64,000 nt of DNA, taken from positions 104,532,001-104,596,000 of the forward strand of contig NC_043005.1 of the NCBI RefSeq assembly GCF_006345805.1. The letters are read 5' to 3'. Below are positions 52,111-64,000 of this stretch, piece by piece. Each line of letters begins with the position of its first letter. Positions within the stretch are counted from its first letter, which is position 1. Both the position numbers and the translations under genes were made by a program. The DNA is from Octopus sinensis (lineage: Eukaryota). The notes below the pieces were generated by a model. It saw nothing but the letters and a program-made list of their open reading frames with translations. It was not told where the DNA came from and ran no database searches.

Positions 52111-53110
52111 GGGACGACTTTCGGGCCAGGGCCCATGGACAACTTCCAGAGATCCCTGGTCTGGCAGTGCTACCGAGAAGCGCTACCCGTTTGGGATAAG
52201 CTCTACAGACAAGTCTCGAGAAACACGGGGCCGACCTGCCCGAGATGCGATCAGAGCGACGAAACCGTTCTGCACGCACTCGTGCAGTGTCCAACAATTT
52301 CCGACCTGTGGGCTTATGTCGAACAACTGCTGTCACGTGTGGGACGAGTCGGTTATCAGCTGAGTCTATCGTCAATATTGTCACGCCTCCTTCCTTCAAA
52401 CGGGAAGGAAGCTATTTTCATCATCCTTGTGGCTATGGCGAAAGAATGTATCTGGTGGACGCGTCTGAAGGATTGGAGACAACACTTTCCTCTCTGGTCA
52501 ATCTCTCATCAACTTCTTCAAGTACCACTTGAAAAGGAAAGTGAGAGTAGAGAGGCAGTTTTGTCTAGCGAATGTTTTAAAAAAAGATGGGTGAATGTGT
52601 AGCAAGGATGGCACGTATGAATGACGAAGCCACCTTGAGCATAATCCTATGAACCCAGAAATTGAAAACAGAGGTGTTACCCACTTGCAACAAATGTGGT
52701 AACATATAACAATATTACCAAGGTTACCGTGGTCTTTTTCACAGGCTTTTCTCCCACGGATAACCTTACTTGCTTTCCCCTTTACACCATATATCATAAC
52801 ACTAGTGATACACGATCCCTATTGATCGTTTTTTTCCCTCTTCCCCTTTTCCCCTTTTTTCTTCTTTTTTCATTTCTTTTTCTTTTGTTCCTTTTCCTTT
52901 TCTTTTTCTTATTTTTATTTTTTTTTTTTATTTTTTTTTTGTTCTTTTCTTCCCCTTTTCGATCCCTCTTGATCGAAAACCTACGACTCACGACCACCCC
53001 CTTTTTTTTGTTTCTTTTGTTTTTTTTGTTTTTTCATCCCCCAAAAGAAAAGCTCTACCTTGTAACTTGTCCCATCTGTGTGCAGCCCTATGTGGCCAAT
53101 AAAAAACTTA
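52111..53110 (+). mobile_element. Tx1/L1-type LINE 3' fragment (ORF2 C-terminal CCHC finger, pyrimidine-rich 3' UTR, AATAAA/short A tail) embedded in (TATC)n
   Basis: CPRCDQSDETVLHALVQC (CX2CX8HX4C), LW..VE, K..IW; (CTAT)n directly on both sides. Confidence 0.85.
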
Positions 53111-53202
<92 letters not shown>

Positions 53203-53226
53203 TTATCTATCTGTCTGTTGTCTGTT

Positions 53227-53257
<31 letters not shown>

Positions 53258-54389
53258 ACACACAAGTACACGCACCTATTTGGTGAAAAGATTGTGTAGA
53301 GACAACTTTGAAAGCATTCGAGATAAGTTCGGTCGGCTGAGAAGGAAAGTTTTTGATGACCATCAATGGAAAAAATGTTGTATACTATTGTAATATATCA
53401 TTGTTGGATGTTAACGGTATGACACTTCTATAGCTGTACTCTACTATAGTACTGTACTACACCATAGTACTGAGCCAGAGACTCAGTGCTTGATCTTGCT
53501 AAAAGCTTCTTTTCGAATAATTTTAGTTACAGTCCAGCTATTTTCTTAACCAGTGAGGCAGGACAAGGCCAAGAAATGTTGCCAAAGTTGAAAATCACTC
53601 ATGCATAAAAGAATAAAATGATATCGGTTTTAATTGCTAAGTTATTTAACTAACAGATGTTTTATCGGAATGTGATAACATTCACTTATTCACTTGATAT
53701 GTAATATAGTTTTCATTACTTTTTCACTTAATTTATCAAACATTCCAAATATCACACGTCTTCTATCCATACAACCATGACCAGGTTTTATTTTTTGCTG
53801 TATTGGTGTGTATTAAAGCGTGACAATTCACTCCATCACATCTGTGTTGTTTTTCTTAAAAGGACTAAGGGCTGGAAGAACGATTAGAGCATCGAAAAAT
53901 TGCTATATGGTATTAGTATGGTAGCTTTGTGGTCTTAGTTCAAATCACGACGTGGTCAACTTTGCCTTTCAACATTTGGGTTGGGGCCAATAAAATAAAG
54001 TACCAGTCAGACATACTGTAAGCCCCTGCAATTTCTGAGTTCAAACTGTACTAGTCTTTTATCACTTTGAGGTCGATAAATTGTGTACTAATCAAGAAAT
54101 GCAGTCCATTAGTATATCTCGCTGCCAAAATTTGAGGGTTGCTGCCAATGTTAGTAACCGCAATCGTAAACATTCGCTTAGTAGTAACTTTTTGATGTTA
54201 CAAATTCTAAACAAGATATTATCTCTTCTGTTGAGAGAAACGGGTGAGTTGGAAGAAACGATGTCTTAGTGTCTTGTCAACATATTAAGGTTCTGCTTTC
54301 AAATCTTGTCGAAGTTGATATTTTCTTTCATTATCTCTTTAACTAACTACACACACACACACACACACACCAAACACATACCAACACAC

Positions 54390-54578
54390 ACACACGGGTA
54401 TAGATCGGTAACCACTACACACATTTTTTTCTCTCCTTGTTTCTTTTCTGTGTCCCTTTCTGTAGAAGAGCGTAGGCTCGAAACGTAAAAGACTTTTTCT
54501 ATTCCTGAGCGTTATACTAATACATCTGTTTGTTTTGTACACCACCTGTCTTCGTCTTTTGTTTTTTTCGTGAACTCT

Positions 54579-54581
<3 letters not shown>
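54390..54581 (+). mobile_element. Short PLE-type terminus with hammerhead-like motif at 54456-54491
   Basis: CTTT-CTGTAGA-A-GAGC gtag GCTC-GAAA-CGT-A-AAAG; relatives at 63395-63590 (-) and 48075-48181; ends in (TA)n. Confidence 0.65.
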
Positions 54582-54642
<61 letters not shown>

Positions 54643-55489
54643 GTGTGTGTTTAGTAGTATATGAATAGTTGACCGAATGCTATATGTAATAATTTGCATC
54701 CATGCATGAAGGAATTTAACATAAAATGGTTGCATGGTTGTGATAATAATTCCGGTAAAGCTTATACTTATTTGATATATATATATAGGTAATTATGTAA
54801 ATAAATATTTTGTAGATATACTAAGAAGACATTCATGCAGAGTGAACCAGTGAAGAAGTTTAATAAGAGAGAAAAAGAGAGGGAGAGAGAGAGGGTAGAG
54901 ATAACATATATGTAAAACGGGAAGTCACCTAAAAATAAGTACATTCTAAAATAAAATCACATGCAAAATACCAAAATATCCGGACAGACTCCATTTCTGG
55001 CAAATAATTCTCAGCAATCTTGGATTGACTGGGTTTACAGAATAAGACTTCTCGCATAGAAAACTTTTATTTAAGAGTAACTAAAAGGAAAAGTAATAAA
55101 GAAAAAAGGAAACTAGGCTGTTAAGAAGTGGTTTGTTTATCAAACTGGTTTTCAATGAGATCACAAAATATAGCAATGCACCGGCCTTTTTCAATGAAAT
55201 TAATCACATTAAATTTGATCAACAATTTAATTATCTACAGGGAGTGGAAATGATCGCGAAAAGTAAATGTGCATCCCCTACAAGAATATTATTCTCCCAT
55301 GATCTTTCCAGAGAATCTGAGAATGGTGGGAGAAAGGGAGGGTGTATATGTATCTATATATATAAAACTGAGAATGTGTGTGTGTCTGTCTGAGCGAATC
55401 CCTAAAACTTGGGAACTACACAACCAATTTCATTCAAATTTTACACATGCCTTACTTAGGGTCCATGTAGTGTCATAGGCAAACAATTT

Positions 55490-55640
55490 TTCTTCTTCTT
55501 CTTCTTCTTCTTCTTCTTCTTCTTCTTCTTCTTCTTCTTCTTCTTCTTCTTCTTCTTTTCTTCTGCTTCTTCTCTTCTTCTTCTTCTTCTTCTTCTTTTC
55601 TTCTTCTCTTCTTCTTCTTCTTCTTCTTCTTCTTCTTCTC
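55490..55640. repeat. (CTT)n microsatellite
   Basis: Directly visible. Confidence 0.95.
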
Positions 55641-55659
55641 GCTTTATTGTCCTCTGTTC

Positions 55660-55810
55660 ACCTTTCTTTTACTCTTAGCTGAAAAAGTCGAAACGACAGA
55701 AACCGGTACTAACCATTACAAAAGGTATCTCATGATAAAATTATTTAAACATTTTGTAATTTGTCTTATTTTCCTTGAATATATCAACTCCCGTTTCACT
55801 TTTCAACACA
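55660..55810 (+). mobile_element. PLE-type terminus remnant with hammerhead-like motif at 55675-55712
   Basis: TTAG-CTGAAAA-A-GTCG aaa CGAC-A-GAAA-CCGGT-A-CTAA; downstream sequence resembles the 24200-24640 element (ATAAAATTAT..ATATATCAACTC). Confidence 0.55.
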
Positions 55811-55816
55811 CACGCG

Positions 55817-55847
<31 letters not shown>

Positions 55848-56269
55848 GCACAAAATCAAAATAAGCAACAGGATATCAAGTAGTGATGCAGTACGACCAT
55901 TTCAAGCGGCTCTATTTAATTGAACAATGCAATCAATTTAAACGCAGTGCCATCTTCAGCGGCACAAATAAATAAATAGAATTTTAACAAGTAGGACACA
56001 TTAATATAAATTTTCTCAAATACTTTAGCAGAGCGAGAAGATGGAAGAAATTCATGTTGTCGGTATTGTAGCTAAGAATAGACTACACTTCCAAGAATCG
56101 CATGAAGCCTTTTAGGGTCATAGTGTTGTAAGGGATTGTAATTCATTTCTAATTCATCTATTTACCAACTACTAAATCTATTTTATTCAGCTTACATTGA
56201 GCCATGTGGATAATACTGGACTTTGTGCTTCAACTTAAGTACCTATTTCAACTGAATCTCAATTACATA

Positions 56270-56475
56270 TACTCTTTTAGTTGTTTAGTCATTTGACTCC
56301 GGCCATGCTGGAGCAACGCCTATAGTCGAGCAAATTGACGCAAGGAATTATTCTTTGTTTATTTAGTCAAGTACTTATTCTATCGGTCTCATTTGCTGAA
56401 CTGCTAAGTTACGGGGACGTAAACACAGTACCATCGGTTGTCAAACGATGTTGGGGAGACAAACACAGACATACA

Positions 56476-56519
<44 letters not shown>

Positions 56520-56720
56520 CACACACACACACACATATATATATATACACGCACACATATATATATACACACATATATACGACGAGTTTCTTTCAGTTTC
56601 CGTCTACCAAATCCACACACAAGGCTTTAGTCGGCCCGAGGCTATAGTAGAAGACACTTGCCCAAGGTGTCATGCAGTGGGACTGAACCCGGAACCATTT
56701 GGTTGGTAAGCAAGTTACTT
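56270..56720 (-). mobile_element. SINE family A, interrupted near its 5' end by the 2.08-kb insertion
   Basis: Colinear tail, linker and head up to GTAAGCAAGTTACTT (56706-56720). Confidence 0.9.
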
Positions 56721-58801
56721 TATCTCATAAATTGGCCATAGAACCTTGCAAAGATGTAGCAATCCGCTGAACAAAAACACAAATGATAATGGAATGAAAA
56801 AATGAAAAGATGGTTGGTGTGGGGAGCAGACAACGCCCGCCCATTGCTGCTTCCCGAAAACATTGTCTCCTTTTTCTCAACAACACAAAATGAGGTATTG
56901 AACTTCTTACCAAAGTTCAAAGAATGGACGCAATCGTCCTTACAAGTTGAGGCGCTGAGCCTCTTACCAAAAAATAACAAATTAAAATATCAAATCGAGG
57001 CACTAAGGCTCCTTACCTTTCCTCCCCGACCAAGCAACTTGCCTCCCGCAGGCAATCCTGCAGTTCTAAGTCGGGGCCCCGGAAAGCAAAACTGTATTGG
57101 TCCTTGGGAAAGGAACCTACCACTCTGAACATATAATTTTCCATTATGACCTCCGCAGTTACCCGCGGAGGCCCATCAGGGTCTTCTGTACAGGACAGGA
57201 CCCCTTCCCTCCGGCCCTCTAGCTTCTTCACAAAGCTCTGTACAGCCCCTCCCTTATGAAAGAAGATCACAAATTCATCCTTCATCATAATGGGAGGGGT
57301 TGCAGTTTCCCACCGACGACGTTTCAGGACATGCCGGCAGTGTATTACTAACCGCTGGCAATGTCCCATTCTTCTTTTTTTCTCCCTTGTGCAACGAGAG
57401 GGTGTGGTTCTTCCGCTTTATCCGGAGAATCTTCCCTCCTCCTCGCAGCCTTGGCGTCCTTCGGTGGGCAACCATTTTTACCCACCTTCTTCCTTTTTCC
57501 CCTTTTTTCAAGGAAGTCTCCACATACTTGACTGTCTCCACCTCTCCCTCTGAAGGAGGAGGGGGTACTACTTTTATTAACTGCTCCAGGACTCTACTTT
57601 GGTCCTGGGGACAGTTCTTCTTAATATGACCAGGTTCCAGGCACGGGTGACACATGGTGGGGGGGGGGGTGTCCTTCAAGTATCACTAGGTACCTGCAAC
57701 CAGGCATTTTCAAAAAATCTGGAAATACCAGATCTTTAACGGCTGATTGGGTCCATAGGGTCAAAACTGCTTTTGATCCCACCCAATCAGCTACCGGCAA
57801 CAATTCCCCATTCAAAAGCTTGGACCTGATGCCACTCAGACTCCGGCGGATAGTGTCCTCTATCCATTCCGGTTCAATGCCCGGTGGCAGCCTATAAACC
57901 CGAGCTCTTGTTAATTTCTTCCCACAATATGTGGGAAGAAACAGAATCTCTTCCCCTTCTAAGGGCTGGCTCGCAAATTGGCGAGCCACCTCAGGGGTGT
58001 CAAATAGCAACCACACCGTTGCATATTTAGCACCCTTGGAATTAAACTTAATACTTAGCAGATGCTCTGCTAACTCATTTTCTATATCTGTTTTAGGAAA
58101 GACAGCGATGGTGTCGAGTAACTTAGAATAAGTCCTCAACACCACCGTTCTTTCCTCTAGGTTTTTGAGCCATTGCTTGGGTGGGATGATTTCCCACTCC
58201 AATGCAGTGTTCAAGTTCTTCGCCATGCTTTGAAGAAAAAGTTCAGGAAACAGTTAAAAAAAAAACAACGAATGTCCTACCAAAGTCAAAAAACAGTTCG
58301 AAGGAAGACAAAGAAGAGCAGAAAGACAAAGAAGAGAAAAAGAAAGAATGAAGACTTCAAAACACGGCAACACACGATTCCGGCCAACCGGTACTCCTGG
58401 CCAAAAGGTACTCCAAAGGTACTCCAAAAATGAAAAGAGTCACAGTAGCAGGAATACAGCTTCAAAAAAATCCACCACAAATTGGTAAAAATTCAGAAAA
58501 CTTTTTCACAAAAATTTTACAATTTTTGGAGGCGGGATACACCCCCAAAACCACTCTTCTCACAGCTAAGTGAGACATTTAGCGCAACTACAGGCAGACA
58601 AATGCCCCGGAATCCAGTGGGGATTTCTTGTTCGAAAAAAATGGACAATAAAGAACAAAGCATCTCTGACCCCCCCCCCAAAAAAAAACAAAAAAACAAA
58701 CGTCTTACGTTATAGTTGCTTCTTCACAGTTCTTTAGTTCAAGACCGTTGCAAAGCAACGTCTTGACAACACCAGTGCAGAAGTAAAACTAACGCATGCG
58801 C
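56721..58801 (-). mobile_element. ORF1-only Tx1/L1-related retroelement bounded by a 15-bp target-site duplication
   Basis: TSD GTAAGCAAGTTACTT (56706-56720) / GTAAGCAAGCTACTT (58802-58816); gag-like ORF1; no APE or RT motifs inside. Confidence 0.75.
57013..58226 (-). pseudogene. Gag-like ORF1 (about 400 aa if two frameshifts are repaired) with CCHC zinc knuckle
   Basis: 201-aa ORF MAKNLN..., shift at the G-run 57658-57669 into CHPCLEPGHIKKNC (CX2CX4HX4C), basic region, second shift into ORF 57013-57369. Confidence 0.7.
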
Positions 58802-58858
58802 GTAAGCAAGCTACTTAACATACACACACACACATATATATATATAGAGAGAGATAGG

Positions 58859-58918
<60 letters not shown>

Positions 58919-59182
58919 CAATTGGACTGAGTCATTAAAGCACCGGATAATTCACCATGTGGTACTTGTTCCCTCTAATCTGTTCACCGAATTAAAATTC
59001 CACCGAGGTCAACTTCGGCTTTCATTATTTCGGCTTCAATAAATAAAGTAACCAGTCTGTACAGGGATCGTTCATTCTCTTCTCGACTAGTTTTTGTCTG
59101 TCTTTAAGTTCTGAGTTCAAATTCCGCCGAGGTCGACTTTGCCTTTCCTCATTTCCGGATTGATAAATTAAGTACCAGTTGC

Positions 59183-59282
59183 NNNNNNNNNNNNNNNNNN
59201 NNNNNNNNNNNNNNNNNNNNNNNNNNNNNNNNNNNNNNNNNNNNNNNNNNNNNNNNNNNNNNNNNNNNNNNNNNNNNNNNNN
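59183..59282. other. Assembly gap (100 N)
   Basis: Exactly 100 Ns; a SINE family B copy runs into the gap from the left. Confidence 0.99.
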
Positions 59283-59605
59283 TCTTTACGTGATCAGTGA
59301 CTGTATATCACTTTCAATGTATATAACTCTAACAAAGCCTAGAGCTGCCATCTCTAGCCAACGGGTATCCTGTGCCGATGAAGGAAATAACCCAGAAACC
59401 ATGATCCGCATTAGCGTTTAGGGCTGAGTGGGAACATTAGCTTCCTTGTTCGGGGTATAAGGACGCAGTTGTGCGTCGGTAGCCAGCTGGAATAGTTGTT
59501 TTCCTGGGGCTAATCGGACTGCCACTCTACGTTCGCAATACATTTTACTCCGTAGTACTCTTACTTTGTGCTCAGATATTTATAACTAATTGTCTTCCAC
59601 TTCAT
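59283..59605 (+). mobile_element. Probable PLE-type terminus with hammerhead-like motif at 59371-59410
   Basis: TGTG-CCGATGA-A-GG aaataac CC-A-GAAA-CCATGAT-C-CGCA; ends in (TA)n. Confidence 0.45.
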
Positions 59606-59876
59606 ATATATTATATATACACACATATGTGTGTGTGTGTGTATGCATGTATACGTACACATATATACGCACGCACACACGTACATAATAAGCAGGTAAC
59701 AGAAGTGGTATTCAAAGCCTCATAGGATACACATGCATTTCACAGAAATATCGAAATAATTACATAACACGTAGAAACTTTACGCAATGATGTATTTTAC
59801 ATCATCAGTGATCTACCATAAATTGAGCCCAATCGTGGTGGCGCGCCGCGCTTTTCTGTGTCCCCCTTTATATGTG

Positions 59877-59979
<103 letters not shown>

Positions 59980-60969
59980 ATATATTACATATACATATAT
60001 ATATATGTATATACATATATATATGCATATGTATATACATATATACATATATGCATATATATATACATATTAAATAGATAGATACATACATACATATATA
60101 CATATATATATGCTTATGTGTATGCATATAAAGATATATGTATGTATGTATGAATGTATGTATCTATCTATATATGTATGAATGTGTGTATGTATTTATC
60201 TGTCTATCTATCTAAAAACATACACACACACACACTCACACACATCACAAACATACACACTCACACACAAACACACACACACATTTCAAGGATTGAATAA
60301 AAAGAACACAATAAACGGGGAAATTTAACAAAAGCATAGCAAACGGAAAATTAGACAAAACCATAGTACACGGAAAATTCGTAGCTGATTCCTCATCAGT
60401 CAATGTCCAAGTGATCCTAGTGGTTTCGCGCTGTTAACATTGATTTCACTCCGTCTTGGCAGCGCTAGAGCAGAAAGCTTCTGTAAATAGCTAACGAACG
60501 TATACGACAAGGACAAAAATAAACAAGACAACTAAAATAATATAACAATTGCACATATCCAACAATAAATAATTATAGAAATACAATCGAAAAAGAATAA
60601 TTATACATATACAACAGACAAAGGCCTATCGGCAATCGAACAGACTTATGTGAGTTAACGCAAAGAGGAAATGCAGAATGTGCTAAGAGACAGGTTGAGG
60701 AGCCGAGACAGTCGTGACTGGTCTGGTCAAAGGCAGGGCGTAAAAGGGCGACACCGCACTAGGTCGACGCCGGTCACGTGGATATTGGAAGGAGAGTAAA
60801 AGAGTTGTGGAGGGAAGAGGGACTGAGGAGACGCAGGAGAATGAGTGAGAGGGAAAGAGAGAGAGAGAGAGAGAGGGGAAAATGTAAAAGGGAAGCAAGG
60901 AAAAGAAAGAGATAGCTTCAGAGTTCGCACAACAATATTCGAATATATATGTATATATGTGTATATATA

Positions 60970-61005
<36 letters not shown>

Positions 61006-61007
61006 TT

Positions 61008-61057
<50 letters not shown>

Positions 61058-61060
<3 letters not shown>

Positions 61061-61385
61061 GAGGCGCAGTGGTTAGGGCAGCGGACTCGCGGTCATAGGA
61101 TCGCGGTTTCGATTCCAGACGGGCGTTGTGAGTGTTTATTGAGCGAAAACACCTAAAGCTCCACGAAGCTCCGGCAGGGGATGGTGGTGATCCCTGCTGT
61201 ACTCTTTCACCACAACTTTCTCTCACTCTTACTTTCTGTTGTACCTGTATTTCAAAGGGTCGGCCTTGTCACTCTCTGTGTCACGCTGAATATCCCCGTT
61301 AAGGGTGCACGTGTCTGTGGAGTGCTCAGCCACTTACACGTTAATTTCACGTTAATTTCATCGTCGTAACCGACGGAGTGCTTCC
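61058..61385 (+). mobile_element. SINE with family C head and family D body
   Basis: Head matches 29507-29670; GTACCTGTATTTCAAAGGG..GTTAATTTCACG matches 50450-50545. Confidence 0.75.
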
Positions 61386-62328
61386 ATATATATATACACA
61401 CACACACACATACATAGAATTTAGCCATCACTCACAAAGGAATAAGAATTAATAGAATGTACAACGTTTTCGCCAATTGGTTCAGGTGCATATAAAGTTG
61501 CAAGTAGGTGCACAGTCTCTCGGCTCTCCTACCCTTGACACCGAGAAACACTGAGGTAAGGGTTTACTCATTTAAACCATTAAGCCAGACGAATTCATAT
61601 ATCTATCCGTATAGCCTCACATATATGACACGTGTATATTTGTGTGAGTCTTTGTGTTTGTGTATACTGATAAGTCTTTGTGTGTGTATGTGTGTCTGTG
61701 TACACCAAATATTTATTTATATTCAAGTAAATTAGTATATCTGTATACGTGTATGTGTGTGTGCATGACTGTGTTGTGTGTCTATATAATATACATGGAA
61801 CCAGTCAACACTGAAGAATAGAAATTCCCTAATGGTTTTCTATAGTCTATTCATAGTATAATCCTCTACTCTGTAGTGGCAATACAAATATGAGAAATTT
61901 AACTATTTCGTCGTAAACTGAAACAAATAACGAACTACTTAAATCGATATTCGATCGTTACTGGGATTGCATTAGAGGTGTTTATATCACCTGAACAATC
62001 TTAGAGGACAATTCCAGCGTGGAAGATCGCGGTCTCAAAGCGATGAAAATATTTTGACAAATTAAACTTAAATGTTGAAGTGAATCTAACGGTTTTTGTG
62101 TGGTTCTTAAATGACTTATAAACACCTTCCACACTGGAATTGTTTTCGTTCCAGCACTCGATCTCAGATCAAGTCACTCGCTATGCAAGTACATCTCCGT
62201 AATCTTAGAGGAACAATTAGGCTATCTGTTTATATACTCATCAAAACCAGTTGTTCTAGAGAACCAAAGCAACTAATTTGCATACTATAAGTGTTTAAAA
62301 TTTCATTCTAATATCAGAGACCTGTCAA

Positions 62329-62514
62329 GGCGGTGAGCTGGCAGAATAGTTTGAACACCGGGCAAAATACGTTTTGAGTTCGAGATACGTTCTGAGTGGA
62401 GATCGACTTTGCTTCTTATCCTTTCGGGGTCGATGAAATAAGTACCAGTTGAGTCCATGTCATTGACTTAATCCCTCACCCGAAATTGCTGGCCTTGTGC
62501 CAAAATTTAAAATC
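62329..62514 (+). mobile_element. SINE family B with a 19-bp target-site duplication
   Basis: AATATCAGAGACCTGTCAA (62310-62328) / AATATCAGAGGCCTGTCAA (62515-62533), 18/19. Confidence 0.88.
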
Positions 62515-62647
62515 AATATCAGAGGCCTGTCAACGTGGAGTTCACACAGGTTCAAGTAAAGATATATGTATAAATCAAGATCGTGCACACACGTACATGT
62601 CAAATTTACTTCTCGTATACTGAAAAAAAAAAGATGAATGGCTTTGG

Positions 62648-62678
<31 letters not shown>

Positions 62679-63183
62679 TATCACTATGGTCACTCTCAGT
62701 AATAATTCTATAATTATAACAGGTTTCAAACTAAAAAATAAGACACTACAATCTAACCAAAAGCAATCGAAAATTACAGCTCTTTTTGCACTGACGGTGA
62801 CATCCCGTGCTTATTGAAAGTAAATGCTAATTACTTGATGAACTATGAATACTGAAAGATTTCAAAAGCGCAAAACATGGCACCATTATTTGAATCTTAA
62901 ATAGGAACAGTGATGATATACGAAGCAAGAATAACATCTCAGAAGGCATATGAGACATTACAAAGTTTAGCTCTAGTGAGGGTATAACAGGTATGGAAAC
63001 CAGGCAACTTGTAGTGTGTCACTCTTTTAAAGATATAAATAAAAACTGTGGAACTTTTTTTATCAAACACGCACGCACAAACAAACACACACACATGCAC
63101 ACACACAGACATACATACACATATACACAAATTAAGTTATATATATATATATATATAAATATATACATATATATATATTTGTG

Positions 63184-63221
<38 letters not shown>

Positions 63222-63315
63222 TATATATATATGTGTGTGTGTGTATATATATCTATATATACACACCCACACACCACACACACACACACACAAACACACA
63301 CAACACACATACATA

Positions 63316-63369
<54 letters not shown>

Positions 63370-63394
63370 TATATAATATATAAAGTTAATCCAA

Positions 63395-63590
63395 ACAAGA
63401 AAGCACAAAAAAATACAACAACGCGAGGACGTGGAACAATATAGTATTGTTGGACGCTCAGGAAAGAAGGAAAGAAGGAGGGTTTAACGTATCGAGCGGA
63501 GCTCTTCGTCGGAAACATAGAAGGAAAGATCCAGAGAAGGGAAGACAGAGGAAAAAAAAATCGCCAACGGTACACACGAGGTCACATTTA
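63395..63590 (-). mobile_element. Short PLE-type terminus with hammerhead-like motif at 63482-63516
   Basis: GTTT-CCGACGA-A-GAGC tcc GCTC-GATA-CGT-T-AAAC; (TA)n on both sides. Confidence 0.65.
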
Positions 63591-63618
63591 TATATATATA
63601 TATAATATATATATATAT

Positions 63619-63720
63619 ACCGGAGTAAGTACATAAATGCGAAACAAAACTGACCTCCGAACGGGAACGTGAAAGTCTGAGTAAAAGTTTTTGTAATATT
63701 TCTGCTGCTTTTTAATATAG
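63619..63720 (+). mobile_element. Rearranged relative of the 24682-24881 element
   Basis: 63619-63647 is the reverse complement of 24854-24882 (26/29); then ACG-GGAA-CGT-GAAA-GTCTGAGTA and TTTCTGCTGCTT. Confidence 0.65.
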
Positions 63721-63767
<47 letters not shown>

Positions 63768-63835
63768 TATATGGTTAATGAGATATATATATGTGTGTGT
63801 ATATATTATATACATAATGAAATATATGCATGTGG

Positions 63836-63887
<52 letters not shown>

Positions 63888-64000
63888 CATATATATATGC
63901 ATGTGTATATATATATTTCATTTATCATGTAAGTCTGTTTGAGAGTGTGAGAATGTATTTTTGAATGCAGGTGAGTGTGTATGTGTGTTTATTTGAGTGT

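Noticed and set aside
52696-53286. 196-aa F/L-rich ORF resembling a membrane protein
   Set aside because: It is the pyrimidine-rich 3' UTR of the Tx1 fragment plus (TATC)n.
59179-59421. ORF containing X residues
   Set aside because: Artefact of the 100-N gap.
60370-60432. Minus-strand GAAAC...CTGATGAG as a type-II hammerhead
   Set aside because: Stems I, II and III do not pair convincingly.

Overview
This is eukaryotic, AT-rich, microsatellite-saturated DNA with one 100-N scaffold gap (59183-59282). The SINE families and repeat landscape look like an octopod cephalopod (Octopus) genome; this is inferred from recognition, not from a database search. I found no host protein-coding exon, so the window is probably intergenic or intronic, and almost all ORFs in the track are microsatellite artefacts. 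Decayed mobile elements include a Penelope-like element (RT + GIY-YIG), CR1, R4/Dong, RTE and Tx1-type LINE remnants, a mariner remnant, two MITEs and many copies of at least four tRNA-derived SINE families. Four observations stand out. (1) About eight minimal type-I hammerhead-ribozyme motifs sit in Penelope-type termini, including core variants that covary at the tertiary 3-8 pair (U3-A8, A3-U8) and a recurrent CCGANGA core. (2) Inverted duplications repeatedly end inside the hammerhead stem-III palindrome. (3) A 2.08-kb ORF1-only Tx1-like element is bounded by a 15-bp target-site duplication. (4) A CR1 LINE and the main SINE share a 3' tail whose hairpin shows compensatory changes. All alignments and folds were done by eye.
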